Part shown: positions 13,601 through 27,600 of the stretch, piece after piece
How the letters are laid out: each line of letters starts with the position of its first letter
Position numbering within the stretch: position 1 is the stretch's first letter
NCBI GenBank assembly: GCA_964016885.1
Contig: OZ024755.1
Coordinates: forward strand, 9,486,001-9,550,000
Source: Eledone cirrhosa
Lineage: Eukaryota
Direction: 5' to 3'
DNA length: 64,000 nucleotides
Notes under the pieces: model-generated
The model's database searches: none
The model's input: only the letters and a program-made list of their open reading frames with translations
What the model was told of the DNA's origin: nothing
Made by a program: the position numbers and the translations under genes

Positions 13601-16600
13601 CTGTGAAAGACATCTGTAATATAGTGACCATACATCTGTGATATGCTGGATAGCTGTGAAAGACATCTGTAATATAGTGACCATACATCTGTGATATGCT
13701 GGATAGCTGTGAAAGACATCTGTAATATAGTGACCATACATCTGTGATATGCTGGATAGCTGTGAAAGACATCTGTAATATAGTGACCATACATCTGTGA
13801 TATGTTGGATAGCTGTGAAAGACATCTGTAATATAGTGACCATACATCTGTTATATGTTGGATAGCTGTGACAGACATCTGTAATATAGTGACCATACAT
13901 CTGTGATATGCTGGATAGCTGTGAAAGACATCTGTAATATAGTGACCATACATCTGTTATATGCTGGATAGCTGTGAAAGACATCTGTAATATAGTGACC
14001 ATACATCTGTGATATGCTGGATAGCTGTGAAAGACATCTGTAATATAGTGACCATACATCTGTGATATGTTGGATAGCTGTGAAAGACATCTGTAATATA
14101 GTGACCATACATCTGTTATATGTTGGATAGCTGTGACAGACATCTGTAATATAGTGACCATACATCTGTGATATGCTGGATAGCTGTGAAAGACATCTGT
14201 AATATAGTGACCATACATCTGTGATATGTTGGATAGCTGTGACAGACATCTGTAATATAGTGACCATACATCTGTGATATGTTGGATAGCTGTGAAAGAC
14301 ATCTGTAATATAGTGACCATACATCTGTGATATGCTGGATAGCTGTGAAAGACATCTGTAATATAGTGACCATACATCTGTTATATGCTGGATAGATGTG
14401 AAAGACATCTGTAATATAGTGATCATACATCTGTGATATGTTGGATAGCTGTGACAGACATCTGTAATATAGTGACCACACATCTGTGATATGTTGGACA
14501 ACTGTGACAGACCTCTGTAATATAGTGACCACACATCTGTGATATGTTGGATAGCTGTGACAGACATCTGCAATATAGTGACCACACATCTGTGATATGC
14601 TGGACAACTGTGACAGACATCTGTAATATAGTGACCACACATCTGTGATATGTTGGACAACTGTGACAGACCTCTGTAATATAGTGACCACACATCTGTG
14701 ATATGTTGGATAGCTGTGACAGACATCTGCAATATAGTGACCACACATCTGTGATATGCTGGACAACTGTGACAGACATCTGTAATATAGTGACCACACA
14801 TCTGTGATATGCTGGACAACTGTGACAGACATCTGCAATATAGTGACCACACATCTGTGATATGCTGGACAACTGTGACAGACATCTGTAATATAGTGAC
14901 CACACATCTGTGATATGCTGGACAGCTGTGACAGACATCTGCAAGATAGTGACCACACATCTGTTATCAACTGGACAGCTGTGACAGACACCTGCAGGAT
15001 ATAAACCATACATCTGCCATGCTAGACAGCTGTGACAACCATTACAGGAATCTCTGTTGTCCATCATTTCTCTGTCTCCAATGGTAATGTTCCTGATTTA
15101 TTTGACCATTTTCATCAGCACCATCATTTAACATCCATTTTCCCTGCTGGCAAGGGTTGGACGGACTTTCACTGACTAAGTCAGTACTCAACTGGGGTTA
15201 CTGACACCTCAGATGGGCTGGGGGCCTATATATTGTTTACATACAATCCTGTGATCTACTGAGTGCATTTTATAGTGACACCATCATGTCTTTTACACAA
15301 CTGAAGGGGCCTCCTTACAGTTTGTTTGGCAAGCTTTCTACAGCTGGATGCCCTTCCTATCATCAATCACTTATCACATTTTCATTTCCCCTGATACTAA
15401 TAACAAGAATCCTAAGTTCTTGAATACTGTGATAACTGGAGATAAGTGTATGGGTATAACTTGGGAACCAAAGCTTAGTCATCATAGTGGGGCCATCCAA
15501 AATCATTGAGGCCTAAAAAACATGTCAGGTGTAGAGCAAAATCAGTGATGCTGATTGTTTTCTTTGACTACTAAGGTAGTGTACCTTATGAATATGCACT
15601 AGATTGTGTAAATCACCAACATTAGGGAGGTTATCCTGTCTTTGACACAACTGAAGAGGCCTCTCAACCCTTTTGTTTTGGCATGTTTTCCATGGTTGGA
15701 AACCCTTCTTAACACCAATCACTTTACTGAATGTACTGAGTGTATTTTATCTTGATAAAATTCACCCAGAGAGGTTGCTGGTCATTGGCTCGACTGAAGA
15801 GGCCACCCTACCCTATGGGTGGGGGAAGAATAGGAAGTATGTCATAGGTAATGGGCAATAGGTGGTGGTGGTGGTACTGGGGTGACAAGTATGTTACGAG
15901 AGGTGAGGTGGAGGGTGGAAAGGGGTGAGAAAGTATTAAATATCATAACAAAAGGGTTAATGTTACCTGCAGATTTATAGGTTAGCTGAAACTTTGGTAT
16001 CCCAGTCAGGGAAAGAGATCTATAACTGATTGCAACTGAATTTCCAATTGAAAAAAATATTTGAGGCAACTGATTTCCACAATATATGTAGTTTTGCTAT
16101 AAAGGAAATGAAAAATAAATTAATGTCAAGGAAATGAAAAACAATTAATTAATCAATAAACAAACAAGTAAATGAGGATTATCCATAGAATATATAAATA
16201 TATATTTTTTCAATCATGTCTTGATGTTTACAAAAGCCCTTCCACTCACTTCCTCCAATCCCATCTTGCATACTCTTGCCCTAACCTACCTCATTATCTA
16301 AGTAGCCTACATAGCCCCACCCCCCTCAACTTCCTTCCTCTCTATCCCCATCCCACCCCACCTTGTGCATGCAACAACTGCCAGCATGGGAAGACAGTCA
16401 CCCCCTTCCCCTACCCTCTCCACTGATACTTTATTTTATCAATCCTGTAAAAATGAAAGGCAAAGCTAACCTCGGCAGGATTTGAACTCAGAATGTAAAG
16501 AACCATAACTATATGTTGCGAAGCAGGTTGTCTGATGCTCTACCGATACTGCCAATCCACTGCCCTTAATGATAATAATGATTTCTGATTTAGGCAAAAG

Positions 16601-18652
16601 GCCAGCAATTTGAAGGAGAGAGGAAAGTCAATTAAATCGACCCCAGTGTGTTACTGGTACTTTATTTTATCGAATAATATTGTATTTTCACAGAAAAGCT
16701 TTATCTTACATAATTGTCTCACATAATATCGAAGCTATGAGGTTTTGATGTTATTTATTTTGAGAATAATACCTTAACATCAGTATGAGCGGCCAGTTAC
16801 AACCAGTTTGAATATAAAAAGGTGAGAGAATTTTGGCGGATACGGCCTGTTTAAATGCTGAAGGGTTAAACATTCTTTTATTTTGATGGATTTATGATGT
16901 CATATAAGTGCTAAAGTGTCGGACACCATGCTTCGCTGCATGGTTACGTCTCTATGTTTTGAGTTCAAATCCCGCCGAGGTTAGCTTTGCCTCTCGTGCT
17001 TAAATGCTAAAGAGTAAAAGACACCTTAATCGTTCAGTCATTTCTACATCTAACCCCAAGACAATGTCATCAGATTTTATCAGAATGCTAACACAGACAG
17101 AGGAACCCCATCATCAAATACATATGAAAAGGACTTTTAAAAAAAATGAAGTCTTACCAAATTTAAGTATTTAAACAAAAGGTACTCTTCAGCACAGTTC
17201 TGGCTCATATTTATCTCAGTGACTTTTACCCTAACATTTTTAACTGTCGGAGCAGTAATTATCCAGCGACACACTGTGAGTAAGGATGTTGGCCCTGTCC
17301 CCGTAGATATTATTGGTCCGGAAATATTTTGAGATTCTGCTGTGGCATTGTATGTTCCTCCACACACAACTGAAACAACAACAATAATAACAATAACAAC
17401 AATACTTAATAGTCACACAATATCTTCAACACAGTTGCTGTTCCCTTGATACAGCTGAAGGATCCTTTCATCCCTTTTTGGAATTATTTCTACAGCTGGA
17501 TGTCCAGCCTAACATCAACCACTTTACGCAGTGTACTAATAGTATTTTATCATGGCACCAACATTGGAAAAGTTGTTATGCCTTTGACACAACAGAAATG
17601 TCCTCTCAACCCATTTTTGCATTGCTTCTAAAGTTGGATGTCCTTCCTAACACTGACCACTTTACAGAATGTACTGAGAGTATTTTATCATGTCACCAAC
17701 ACTACAGAGATTGTTGCGCCCTTCACACAACCAAAAACTCCTCTTATCTCTATTTCTACAGTTGAATGTCCTTCCTAACAACAACCACTTTACAGGATGT
17801 ACTGATATCATTTTATCATGGCATCAACACTAGAAAGGTTGTCATGCCCTTCACATCTCTGCTTTTACAGCTGGATGCCATTCCTTAACACCAACCACTT
17901 TACAGGGTGTACTGATATCATTTTATCATGGCATCAACACTAGAAAGGTTGTCATGCCCTTCACATCTCTGCTTTTACAGCTGGATGCCATTCCTTAACA
18001 CCAACCACTTTACAGGGTGTACTGATATCATTTTATCATGGTACCAACACTAGAGAGGATGTCATACCTTTCACACCTATGTTTCTACAGCTGGATGCCA
18101 TTCCTTAACACCATTCAGTAAAAGAATCAACTTACTTGGTAATATTCTGTAATTCATTTTAAAACCTAATTTTTCTATATTCTCATCAGTTTTGAACCAT
18201 AATTTCACAAGATTTGAGGATACGGTCATGTTAAGTGGAATCGTGGAACCACAGAATTTTTTAGGTTGTACCTGATTAAATATCTGAAATAAGAGAAAAA
18301 CGGTGTCAACTTGTTTCGTATTAACTAAATCAAAACCCTAAATCACCGGCATATTTTGACAAAAATGCTCCTATGGAAACAGAAACTATGTTTATTCAGC
18401 AATGTGTATTTATAAAACGTACAAGCAGGCATGGCTAGGTGATTAAGAAGTTCAATTTTCAATCATTAGGTGCAGAGTTTGATCCTACATTGACATCTTG
18501 AGCAAGTCCCTTTATAGTATTGGATTGACATAAGCTGTGTAAGTAATTTGGGTGGACAGAAACTGTTTGGAAGCCTGTCAAATTTTAAGACATTTTTATA
18601 TATATGGTGGTGGTGGTGCTGTTGATGATGATGATGATGGTGGTGGTGCTGT

Positions 18653-18686
<34 letters not shown>

Positions 18687-21600
18687 GGCAATGGTAGTGA
18701 TGATAAGGACAATATAATCATCATCATCACTACTACTACCAAATACAGAAACCTAATACAATGTTCAAGAGATGAACAAACACTTACTGTAAAGTAATCA
18801 GCTTCACAATCTTCTGACTGTTGAAGATCAAAGTATTCAAATGACAGTTCAATATAATCATGGTTGCCAGCAACAATCATCCAATGACAATCAAGATTTT
18901 TCTCATAGTGATTGATATCTCCAATATTAATTGATGATATTGATCCTGTTTTATTGTATAGAGTTCCACGACATCCTTGCTTGGCTCCTGTCAAATAATA
19001 TACATCAGATATATTTAGCAAAATCATTTTGTTATTATATAGATTGGCAATTGGTAGGGTGTCAAGACAAATTCTTAGCAGTACTTGTTCAAGCTCTTTC
19101 TTTAGAAATAACAAAGCAAACGACAGTACAATGAAAGAATATATTAGTTTTACACTTGATGTCATAGGAAAACAGTCTTTATGTTTCAGACACTAGTCTT
19201 TCATCAGAAGATAGAGTGAGAAATAGAGAAAGTTAGTTATATTATTAAGTCCCTCCAAAGGTGGTGTTGGTATATTGGCAGTATTGGCAGAGAATTGGAC
19301 AGTGTGCTTTACAGCATATAGTTACAACCTTTTACATTCTAAGTTCAAATCCTGCTGAGGCAAGCTTTGCCTTATATCCTTACAAGGTCAATAAAATAAA
19401 ATGCCAGTAATGCACTGGAGTTGATTGAATTGACTTTCCCTGCTCCCTTCAAATTGCTGGCCTTGTGCGAAAACTAGAAACAATTATTAAGTCACTTCAA
19501 ATTCTTAATTATTTTCAGAATTATTTCAAAATCATAAACAGTGTCTTACATGAGAAATATGGTAACTAGAGGATAAAAATACTTACCAAAAATTGTTTTG
19601 TAAGTAGCATGAAATCCTTCTTGAAAGTAACCATGTTCTGATTTATAATTGATAGTCATTTTATTACTAGTTGAATAAATATTTTTTGGAGCATAAGACC
19701 CACAGTATTTCCCCAATTCCACATCTCCATCATATATTTGAATGTAGTCATAATTACAAGAAAAAGACATCATGAGATGTATTTTGTTGATTCTATAAAA
19801 ATTGTAAATAAAAACAGAAATTTAAGAGGAAAACCAGCAATTGAAAACAGCAAAAACATTTAATTATCATTTTTACAGTTTAACTCTTAAGGTCCTGTAC
19901 CACATGAAACCATATTGGCAAGACATTCTTGAAAGAACAAAGATTGCACTAGGACTGCATCATGTTAGTTCAATATGAAGGAAGACATTCTTAAAAAACA
20001 CTTACAATTGAAGCATTATCATCATCATCATCACTTAACATCTGCTTTCCCTGATGACAAGGGTTGCTTAGGTGAATGTATTTTCAAGTTTGGTATTTAT
20101 TTTATCAATCTCTTATTATCAAACTGTTAAGTTATATGACATATCATCCCCACTTAATGTTTCCATGCTGGCATGGGTTAGACGAGTTGTCCTGCTGTGA
20201 GCAATATCAGGTCAGGTGACCATGTCTTGCTCATACAGAACAAATTTTTCTGCAGTAGAGGTAGAGCAAGAAAGACCTGGGAAGAGGTGGTGAGAGCTGA
20301 CCTCAAATCACTGAGATTCACAGAGGAGATCACGAAGAAATGTGGTGAGTGGAGAGATGCTATGCTGAAAAGGACTTGTCCAACCCATGTAAGCATGGAA
20401 AAGCGAACGTAAAAACTATGTTGGTGATGATATATGTATATATAATCAGTAGCACCATTTATGTCCATGTTCCATGCTGGTAAAGGTTGAACAAGCTTTC
20501 ATGTTCTGGGTCTAAACAGGTCAGATAACCACATCTTGCTCAAACATTTTGGTTTAACATGGTTTCTATAGCTAGATGCCTTTCCTAATGCCAACCAGTT
20601 TGCAGTATGTATTGGATATGTTTATTGTGACACCGGCACTGCCAAATTACAGAGTAGACGGGGTGTATTTTAATACAGCACCAGCTCTATCACCTTACAG
20701 AGTGAACTGGGTGCATTTTATCATGGCACGGACATTACCATTTTTAGAGTGGACTGGGTGTATTTTATCATTACACCAGCACTGGCACTGCAAAATGCAT
20801 TGAGTGTATTGCTATGTAGCATTAGAACAAGAGCAATTGCTGTGTATCATCATCACAATCATTATTATTTTATGTCTGGTCTCCATGCTGGCATGTGTTA
20901 AGGAAACAGTGGGGACGATTTTTTCTTCTTCTTCGCCCACTTATTCCTCAGAGGACTGTGGAGACAGAGTCCTCAAATACTCCTTCCAGCAGGTCCTGTT
21001 AGAAGCAACATTCTCCCACCGATCCAGCTAGATAGCTGATCAACTAAATCTCTTTAAGGTGGTGCCCCAGCATGGCCACAGTTTAATGACTGAAACTAGT
21101 AAAAAACTAAAAGAATATACATTTCCTACATACTCTAATTGTATTGATCTGTTTTCTTGGACTGTTATTTTCCAGGTACAGTTCATATAGGGTGTATATG
21201 CTACTGTATTCAACATGCTAATCTCTCCAGTTGAAGCAGTAAGATCTCCACCACACTCTGAAATAGCAATGGAAAGATTTTTAATAAAACGACTATGAAA
21301 TGGACAAAACAAGAATATTTCTGACAGTTTACAACAACTACAACAAATGTTTTCATCCTTTTGTTACTAAATCTCCTGAAACTGCTCCTGGTTCTATGAT
21401 ACAAAACTATTTCAAAGTTTTTATCTATGACAAATTGTACAGCCAGGTGCCCTTCTTGATGCCAACCCATACTTTTCTGTATGGTAGAGATTCACCAACT
21501 TAACCCTTTAGCATTTAAACTGGCGATATCTGGCCAGAATTCTCTCACTTCTTTCTGTTCAAACCAGCTATAACTGGCTGCTCATACCTACATTAAGGTA

Positions 21601-24600
21601 TTGTTCTCAAAATAAATAACATCAAAATCTTGTAGATTCAATATTACATGAGATAATTATGTAAAATAAAGCCTTTACTGTGAAAATACAATAGTAAATA
21701 CAGGGAAATGCTGTGTGATACAGTGTGTGGCAAAGCTGCTCCTTAGAATTACCAGTACAACCCATTTTTTTTCCAGTTGTGTGAACTGGAACAACATGAA
21801 ATAAAATGTTTTGCTAAAGGACACAATTCACTGCCAGGAACTGATCTCATTACCTTATAATTATGAGCTAAATACCCTACCCACTAAGTCACATGTCTTC
21901 CCAATAATATCCCTGAATGCTCAGTCACTTGCACAATAATTTCATGAACAGGCTGTTCTGTTGGCCCTATCAAATGGAATACTCATTGTGGGAACCACTG
22001 AAGATCAAACACACATCATCATCATTATCATTTTTATGTCCATTTTCCACACAGGCACATGTTAGATATACTGTCACAGTCCAAGATCAGACAGTTCAGT
22101 GTGACCTCATCTTACTCGTATTTTCTACAGCCACCCTTCCTAAATAGTGAAGGAAGTGTCTTTGACATATGAGACTGCAGTGCAGAACAGTTAAAATACC
22201 TACCTATAATTTCATAGGTTAATCCAAAACCATTAAATGTTATAGAAGAATCTGAAGTGAAGTAAAGGTTTACTGGTGTCTTTAGTAATATGTTTGATGG
22301 TAAGTAGCTTCCACAGTAAACACCAAGGACCCTAAATCTGTCTCCCCCATATGTTATTTTCAAAGCATCAGTCCTACAATCTGAAAGAAATAGTTCAAAT
22401 ATGTCAGATATAAATATATATTAGACTAGAGAGCATTATAGAATATGAAATAAAGTACCAGTAATACACTGGGATAATTGCTGGCCTTGTACCAAAAGTA
22501 GAAACAATTATAGAATATGAAAATTGTTTGTGTTTAGGAAGCCACTACAATGCAGATAGTGTTGTAGTTTGCTTGAAGCATTATAGAATAGGAAAATTGT
22601 TTATCTTTAGGAAACCACTACAATGCAGATAATGTTATAACTATTAAGGTAACAAACTTGGGTGAAGAAACAGAGAAGTGAGGTTGAATGGAGAAGAGAG
22701 ATAATGTTACCTTGGAAATATTTATTAGTCCCTATATTTTGGATGTACCATCCATTGTCAAGGGCGCCAAAGAAAAAAATTGTAGAATGTTGGAGAGGGT
22801 CTTTCTGTGCCTCAGTGTGGTTTGTGTATGATCAAGACTCCAACACCCTAACCACTTGCCACACACCTTCATCATTGAGAAAAAACCAACTAATTGTCTC
22901 CACAGGATTTGAACTCAGTGTGCAGGATTTTATCTCATGCGCCACAAGACAAGAGATGAATAGCAGTGCTATTCAACTATTATGAATCTTTAACTCTTAA
23001 TATCTTGTTTTGATTTAGATGTTCAACAAAAAAAATCAATAGAATAACAACCAGGCTTTAAAAAACAAGTACTAGGGCCAATATGAATGATTAAAGGTAG
23101 TACCTAAGCATGGCCACAGTCTCATGACTATAATAAGTAAAATAATGAAGCAATAAAAGTGATAAAACAATACCTTCTTGAAGACTAAAAAAATTAAATT
23201 TCAACTGGGCATAGCTCCACTCAGTCCCAATAATTTTATAAAAACATTTCATATTATTATCATAGCTATTTGGAAATCCTGGGGATGTTATGGTTCCTGA
23301 TTTCTCTGTGTAATAACTACCACATTCTGGAACATAAGAATGAAATATTAACAGTACTTAATATTCAATGGATTTATTTAGATTTTGATTTTCATGTAAA
23401 TTATATCATCATTACCATATTCATTTTATTAACCCTTTAGCATTTAACCTGGCCATATCCGACCAGAATTCTCTCACCTCTTTTTGTTTAAACCGGCCGT
23501 AACTGGCTGTTCATACTTATATTAAGATAGTGTTCTCAAAATAAATAATATCGAAATCTCGTAGATTCGATATTATGTGAGATAATTATGTGAGATAAAG
23601 TGTTTACCATGAAAATACAATAGTATATTTAAAGTAATCATCATCATCATCATTTTACGTCCGCTTTTCCCTGCTTGCAAGGGTGGGATGGCAACTGATT
23701 CTGGCTTGATTTCTACAGCTGGATGCCCTTACTAACACCAACCCCATTTACAATGAGTGCTGGGTGCTTTTTTTCCGTGACGCCTACACATCCACTTTAC
23801 AGTGTGGGCTGGGTGCTTTTTTGCCGTGGCACCTCCACGACCACTTTGCAGTGGAATGATAGGGACCCCAGTCCAATCATCTCATTTCTACAGCTGAGTA
23901 AACTGGAGTAATGTGAAATAAAGTGTCTTGCTCAAGGAAACAACACATCACCCGGTCTGAGAATTGTGTTGTTTCCTTGAGAAAGGCACTTTATTTCACA
24001 TTGCTCCAGTTTACTGTAAATGTTTACTGTAATGTAAATGCTAAAGGATTAAAAGATAAATGATGAGTCTTATTACTATCACAGGGTCATCAGACAAGAA
24101 CTAACATTTCAGTAGCAGATACAGTATAAATAAAGACTTGAGTTGAAGGAGGGGGATTTAATTGAGAAAGAGTAATTAAGATAGGGTGGACAGAATGCTA
24201 GTGGCAGTGGAGGAGGATAAGGATGTCTGAAAGAAGAAGGTGATAAAGGATGGCAGTGGACATAACTATAGAATTTTGACTAGTCACTGGAAGGCCGAAC
24301 ACAAAATAGGGAACTCTACTTATTCCATCTAGAGTACATATCTATCTAGGGCAGGTAAAATTCCCGAGATCCATGGACTCTCCAGCAGTCTCTGTCCCTC
24401 ATTATCGCTGCCATGTCCTACATTTCCAACAGACCAGTGTCTGTCCTTAGGGCATCAACAAACGTTAACCTTGGTCTTCCTCTTCCAGTGTGTCCATGTA
24501 GCGGCTCCCACAGGAGCACTGAGTGCAATGTCAACTCTGGATGTCGGTGAGCATGTCCAGCTAACCTCAGATGGTGGATGGGTGCTACATGAGAATGCTG

Positions 24601-27600
24601 AGGATGGCTCTGAACATTAATCAGTATACACTGAGGATGAAAAACTCAGAGCTATATGGGAGCCTCCCAAAAGTCAGCTCAAAAGTGACACAGAGGAGAG
24701 TACATATTCATCTTTGAAATATGTGCTTTGTATATATATATATAATATATTATGTATTCTATATGATATATGGTCCTTTCTCTCTTTCTCTCTCTATATA
24801 TACATATATCTTTAACATTTGAATCACACACACACACAGACACACACACATACATACATTATCATCATCATTTACGTCTGCTTTTCCCTGCTTGCAAGGG
24901 TGGGACGGCAATTCTCATTTGTTGTGCTCATAGTTTTTGGCAGTAATATATACTGGTTGGATGCCCTTCCTAACACCAGCACCACTTTACAGCATGGACT
25001 GGGTGCTTTTATTCGTGCCAGCAGCACTTGAGAGGTTGTCTTACTGGACTAAGGGGCCCTATCCATCCCTCCATTTTACAGCATGGACTCGATGCTTTTA
25101 TTCATGCCACCAGCACTAGGGAAGTTGTCTTACTGGACTTAGGGTGACTTCTCTACCCCGCACCAATTTATTCGGAGTGGTAGCTCTCCTAGACAGGTTG
25201 CCTATGCTACGGCTTACGGAGCCTCCGTCCGCCTCGTGTCTGTGCTGAGCGGAACTTCGTTTAACGTGATATGTGCACGAGTGTTAAGCGTACAACGCCA
25301 GGCATGCATACCGGCAGGTGATAGATATAGGGTGGGTGGGATGAAAATGGCGTTTCCTAGCCTCTGTTATTTTAAACACGGCTATTCTATATGATCAATT
25401 TTCCGTTATGAATATATGCATGTATACAACACACACATATATATTAACAGCTATATAAATACAAACAGACATTAGTACATATGTCTATATATATATAAAT
25501 AAACATCGAAAGAAAGAAATTAACAATTTTTCAACTTATCTTATTCTATCTCTGTCAAATAATGTCAAAATATAATTTTATTCTGACTCACCAGCCTTCC
25601 ATTTTGCTAAAAATCCACTGCCACTTATTTGAGAATTTGATCTGAAAGTTACAGTCATATCTGAGGCAAAGAAACTAAGTAATCTTGGTGCTTCATTAGA
25701 ACAATATTGAGTTGTATTCATTGTATTGTTAAAAGTCGGAACTTCCACCTAGAAAATAAAAAAAACACTTATTCAACACCATCATCATTTTATGTCTAAC
25801 TTTGTAATAATCAATAATTTTTGAAAATCTTTCCAAATTCTTCATTAATTAATTGAAATAGGAATATAGTCACAAAATGATTAAGCTCACAAAATTAGAT
25901 GAACAAAATATATGCCTGTTCCAAGATTTGAACCTGTAGTGAATTAATTACAAGTTCAATACCCTAATAAGTGTTCAGTATCATCATAACTCAGCTAAGC
26001 TACAGTAATTATTTGAATAATGAAGGTGTATGGCCTAGTGGTTAGGGTGTTGGACTCAGGATCATAGGATTCTAGGCTTGATTCTTGCACCGAGCATTGT
26101 GATGTGTTTTTAAACAAGATGCTTCACATCAAGTTTCTTTTTGTGATAAAGCTTGGAACCCCTATCATTAAAATAACCAAGAAACCTCCCATATGATGTA
26201 ACCTTATTTGAGATGTGAGCTGTAATAACAACATAAGACTGGGGCATCTCTCATTAAAACAAACAAGAAACTTCCTGATATGTGCAACCTTGTAGGCCCA
26301 AGTTATAACTTTAACATTTTCCTTTTTTAAATATTTGAAGAAGGTATCATTGTACAGTTAAGACTTCACAATCACATGGCTCTGGGCTTAGTCTCATAGC
26401 ACAACTCCTTGGGCTTTCTACTATAACTTCGACAGAAAAAAAGAAATTTTTAAAATAAGTACCAGACTTCCAAAACAAATAAGTGCTGGGGTCGATAGGA
26501 TCAACTTAATCAAGGTGGTGCCCCAGCATGGCTGCAGTCAAATGACTGAAACTGGAAATGATAGACTAAATCAAGGCAGAGCCCCTGCATGGCAACAGTC
26601 AAATTACTGAAACCAGATATGCTGAACAAAATCAAGGTGGTGCAGTCTAATGTCTGAAACTAATAACAGAAAAGAAAATATTTGAAAAGCAACAGAAGAG
26701 AAAATGACATTTACCTTGACATAGTCATTTACACATCCATCAGAATATTCCAAATCAAATGGGGGAATAAAGGTGAGGTTTATTCTGTAGCCATCTGGTA
26801 CATTTAAGTTCCAAGTACACTCTTTATTAGGAGGGTAGCTGACAGGGTATTTTGGACTCATTATTTCTCCACTGTACCTGCTGAGGATGCCACCACAACC
26901 TTTAAAATTGAAATAATTAACAAAAATAAAAGTATATTAATCCAAATTTGTTGTACTATTACTACTACTATGACGACAACAAAATGTTTGTTAAGTGAAG
27001 TTCTAAACGTCAATTTACTCATGAAAAAGTTACTTATTTTAACAAGCAGTGGTGAAGTTGATGGTGGTAGTGGTGATGTTTGTGGTGTTGAAGGTAATTG
27101 TGGTGTTAATGAAAGTGATGGTGGTGATGATGGAGATTTCAATCAAAGTTATGTTTACCTTCATTTTCTACTTGGTAGCGCACTTGAAAGCCTACTCCAT
27201 TGTTAAGAGCATCAGATTTAAAGATAATTATAGCAATGTTGCTCTCAGTACGCTTGACGGTTGGTGTTGAATTCTTGCCACACATACTACCAAGAGAAGG
27301 AGAGAACTGATGTCCACCATTCAATATTTCAAGATAATCCTTCAGGCAATCATTACTTTTTTCAATATCTATGTCCAAAATTGTTAGCTGTTACAAAGTT
27401 TAAAAAAGGATAAATGTGATAGTTTGTCACTGGAAAGAAATGAAACAAACATACTACAAAGGATGATCAATGTTAATATGAATGAACAACAAAGCATGGA
27501 TGGGCTGAGAGAAGAGCTGGGTACATGAGAAATCAGATGTAGTGTGAGATGACTGCGATGGTGGGAACATGTGGGGCATATGGATGATGACCATGCCAAG

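Noticed and set aside
11676-15067. Many overlapping Cys/His-rich ORFs; possible CRISPR-like array
   Set aside because: Translations of a 53-bp tandem repeat cycling through frames. There are no unique spacers and no cas genes, and it lies in a eukaryotic intron.
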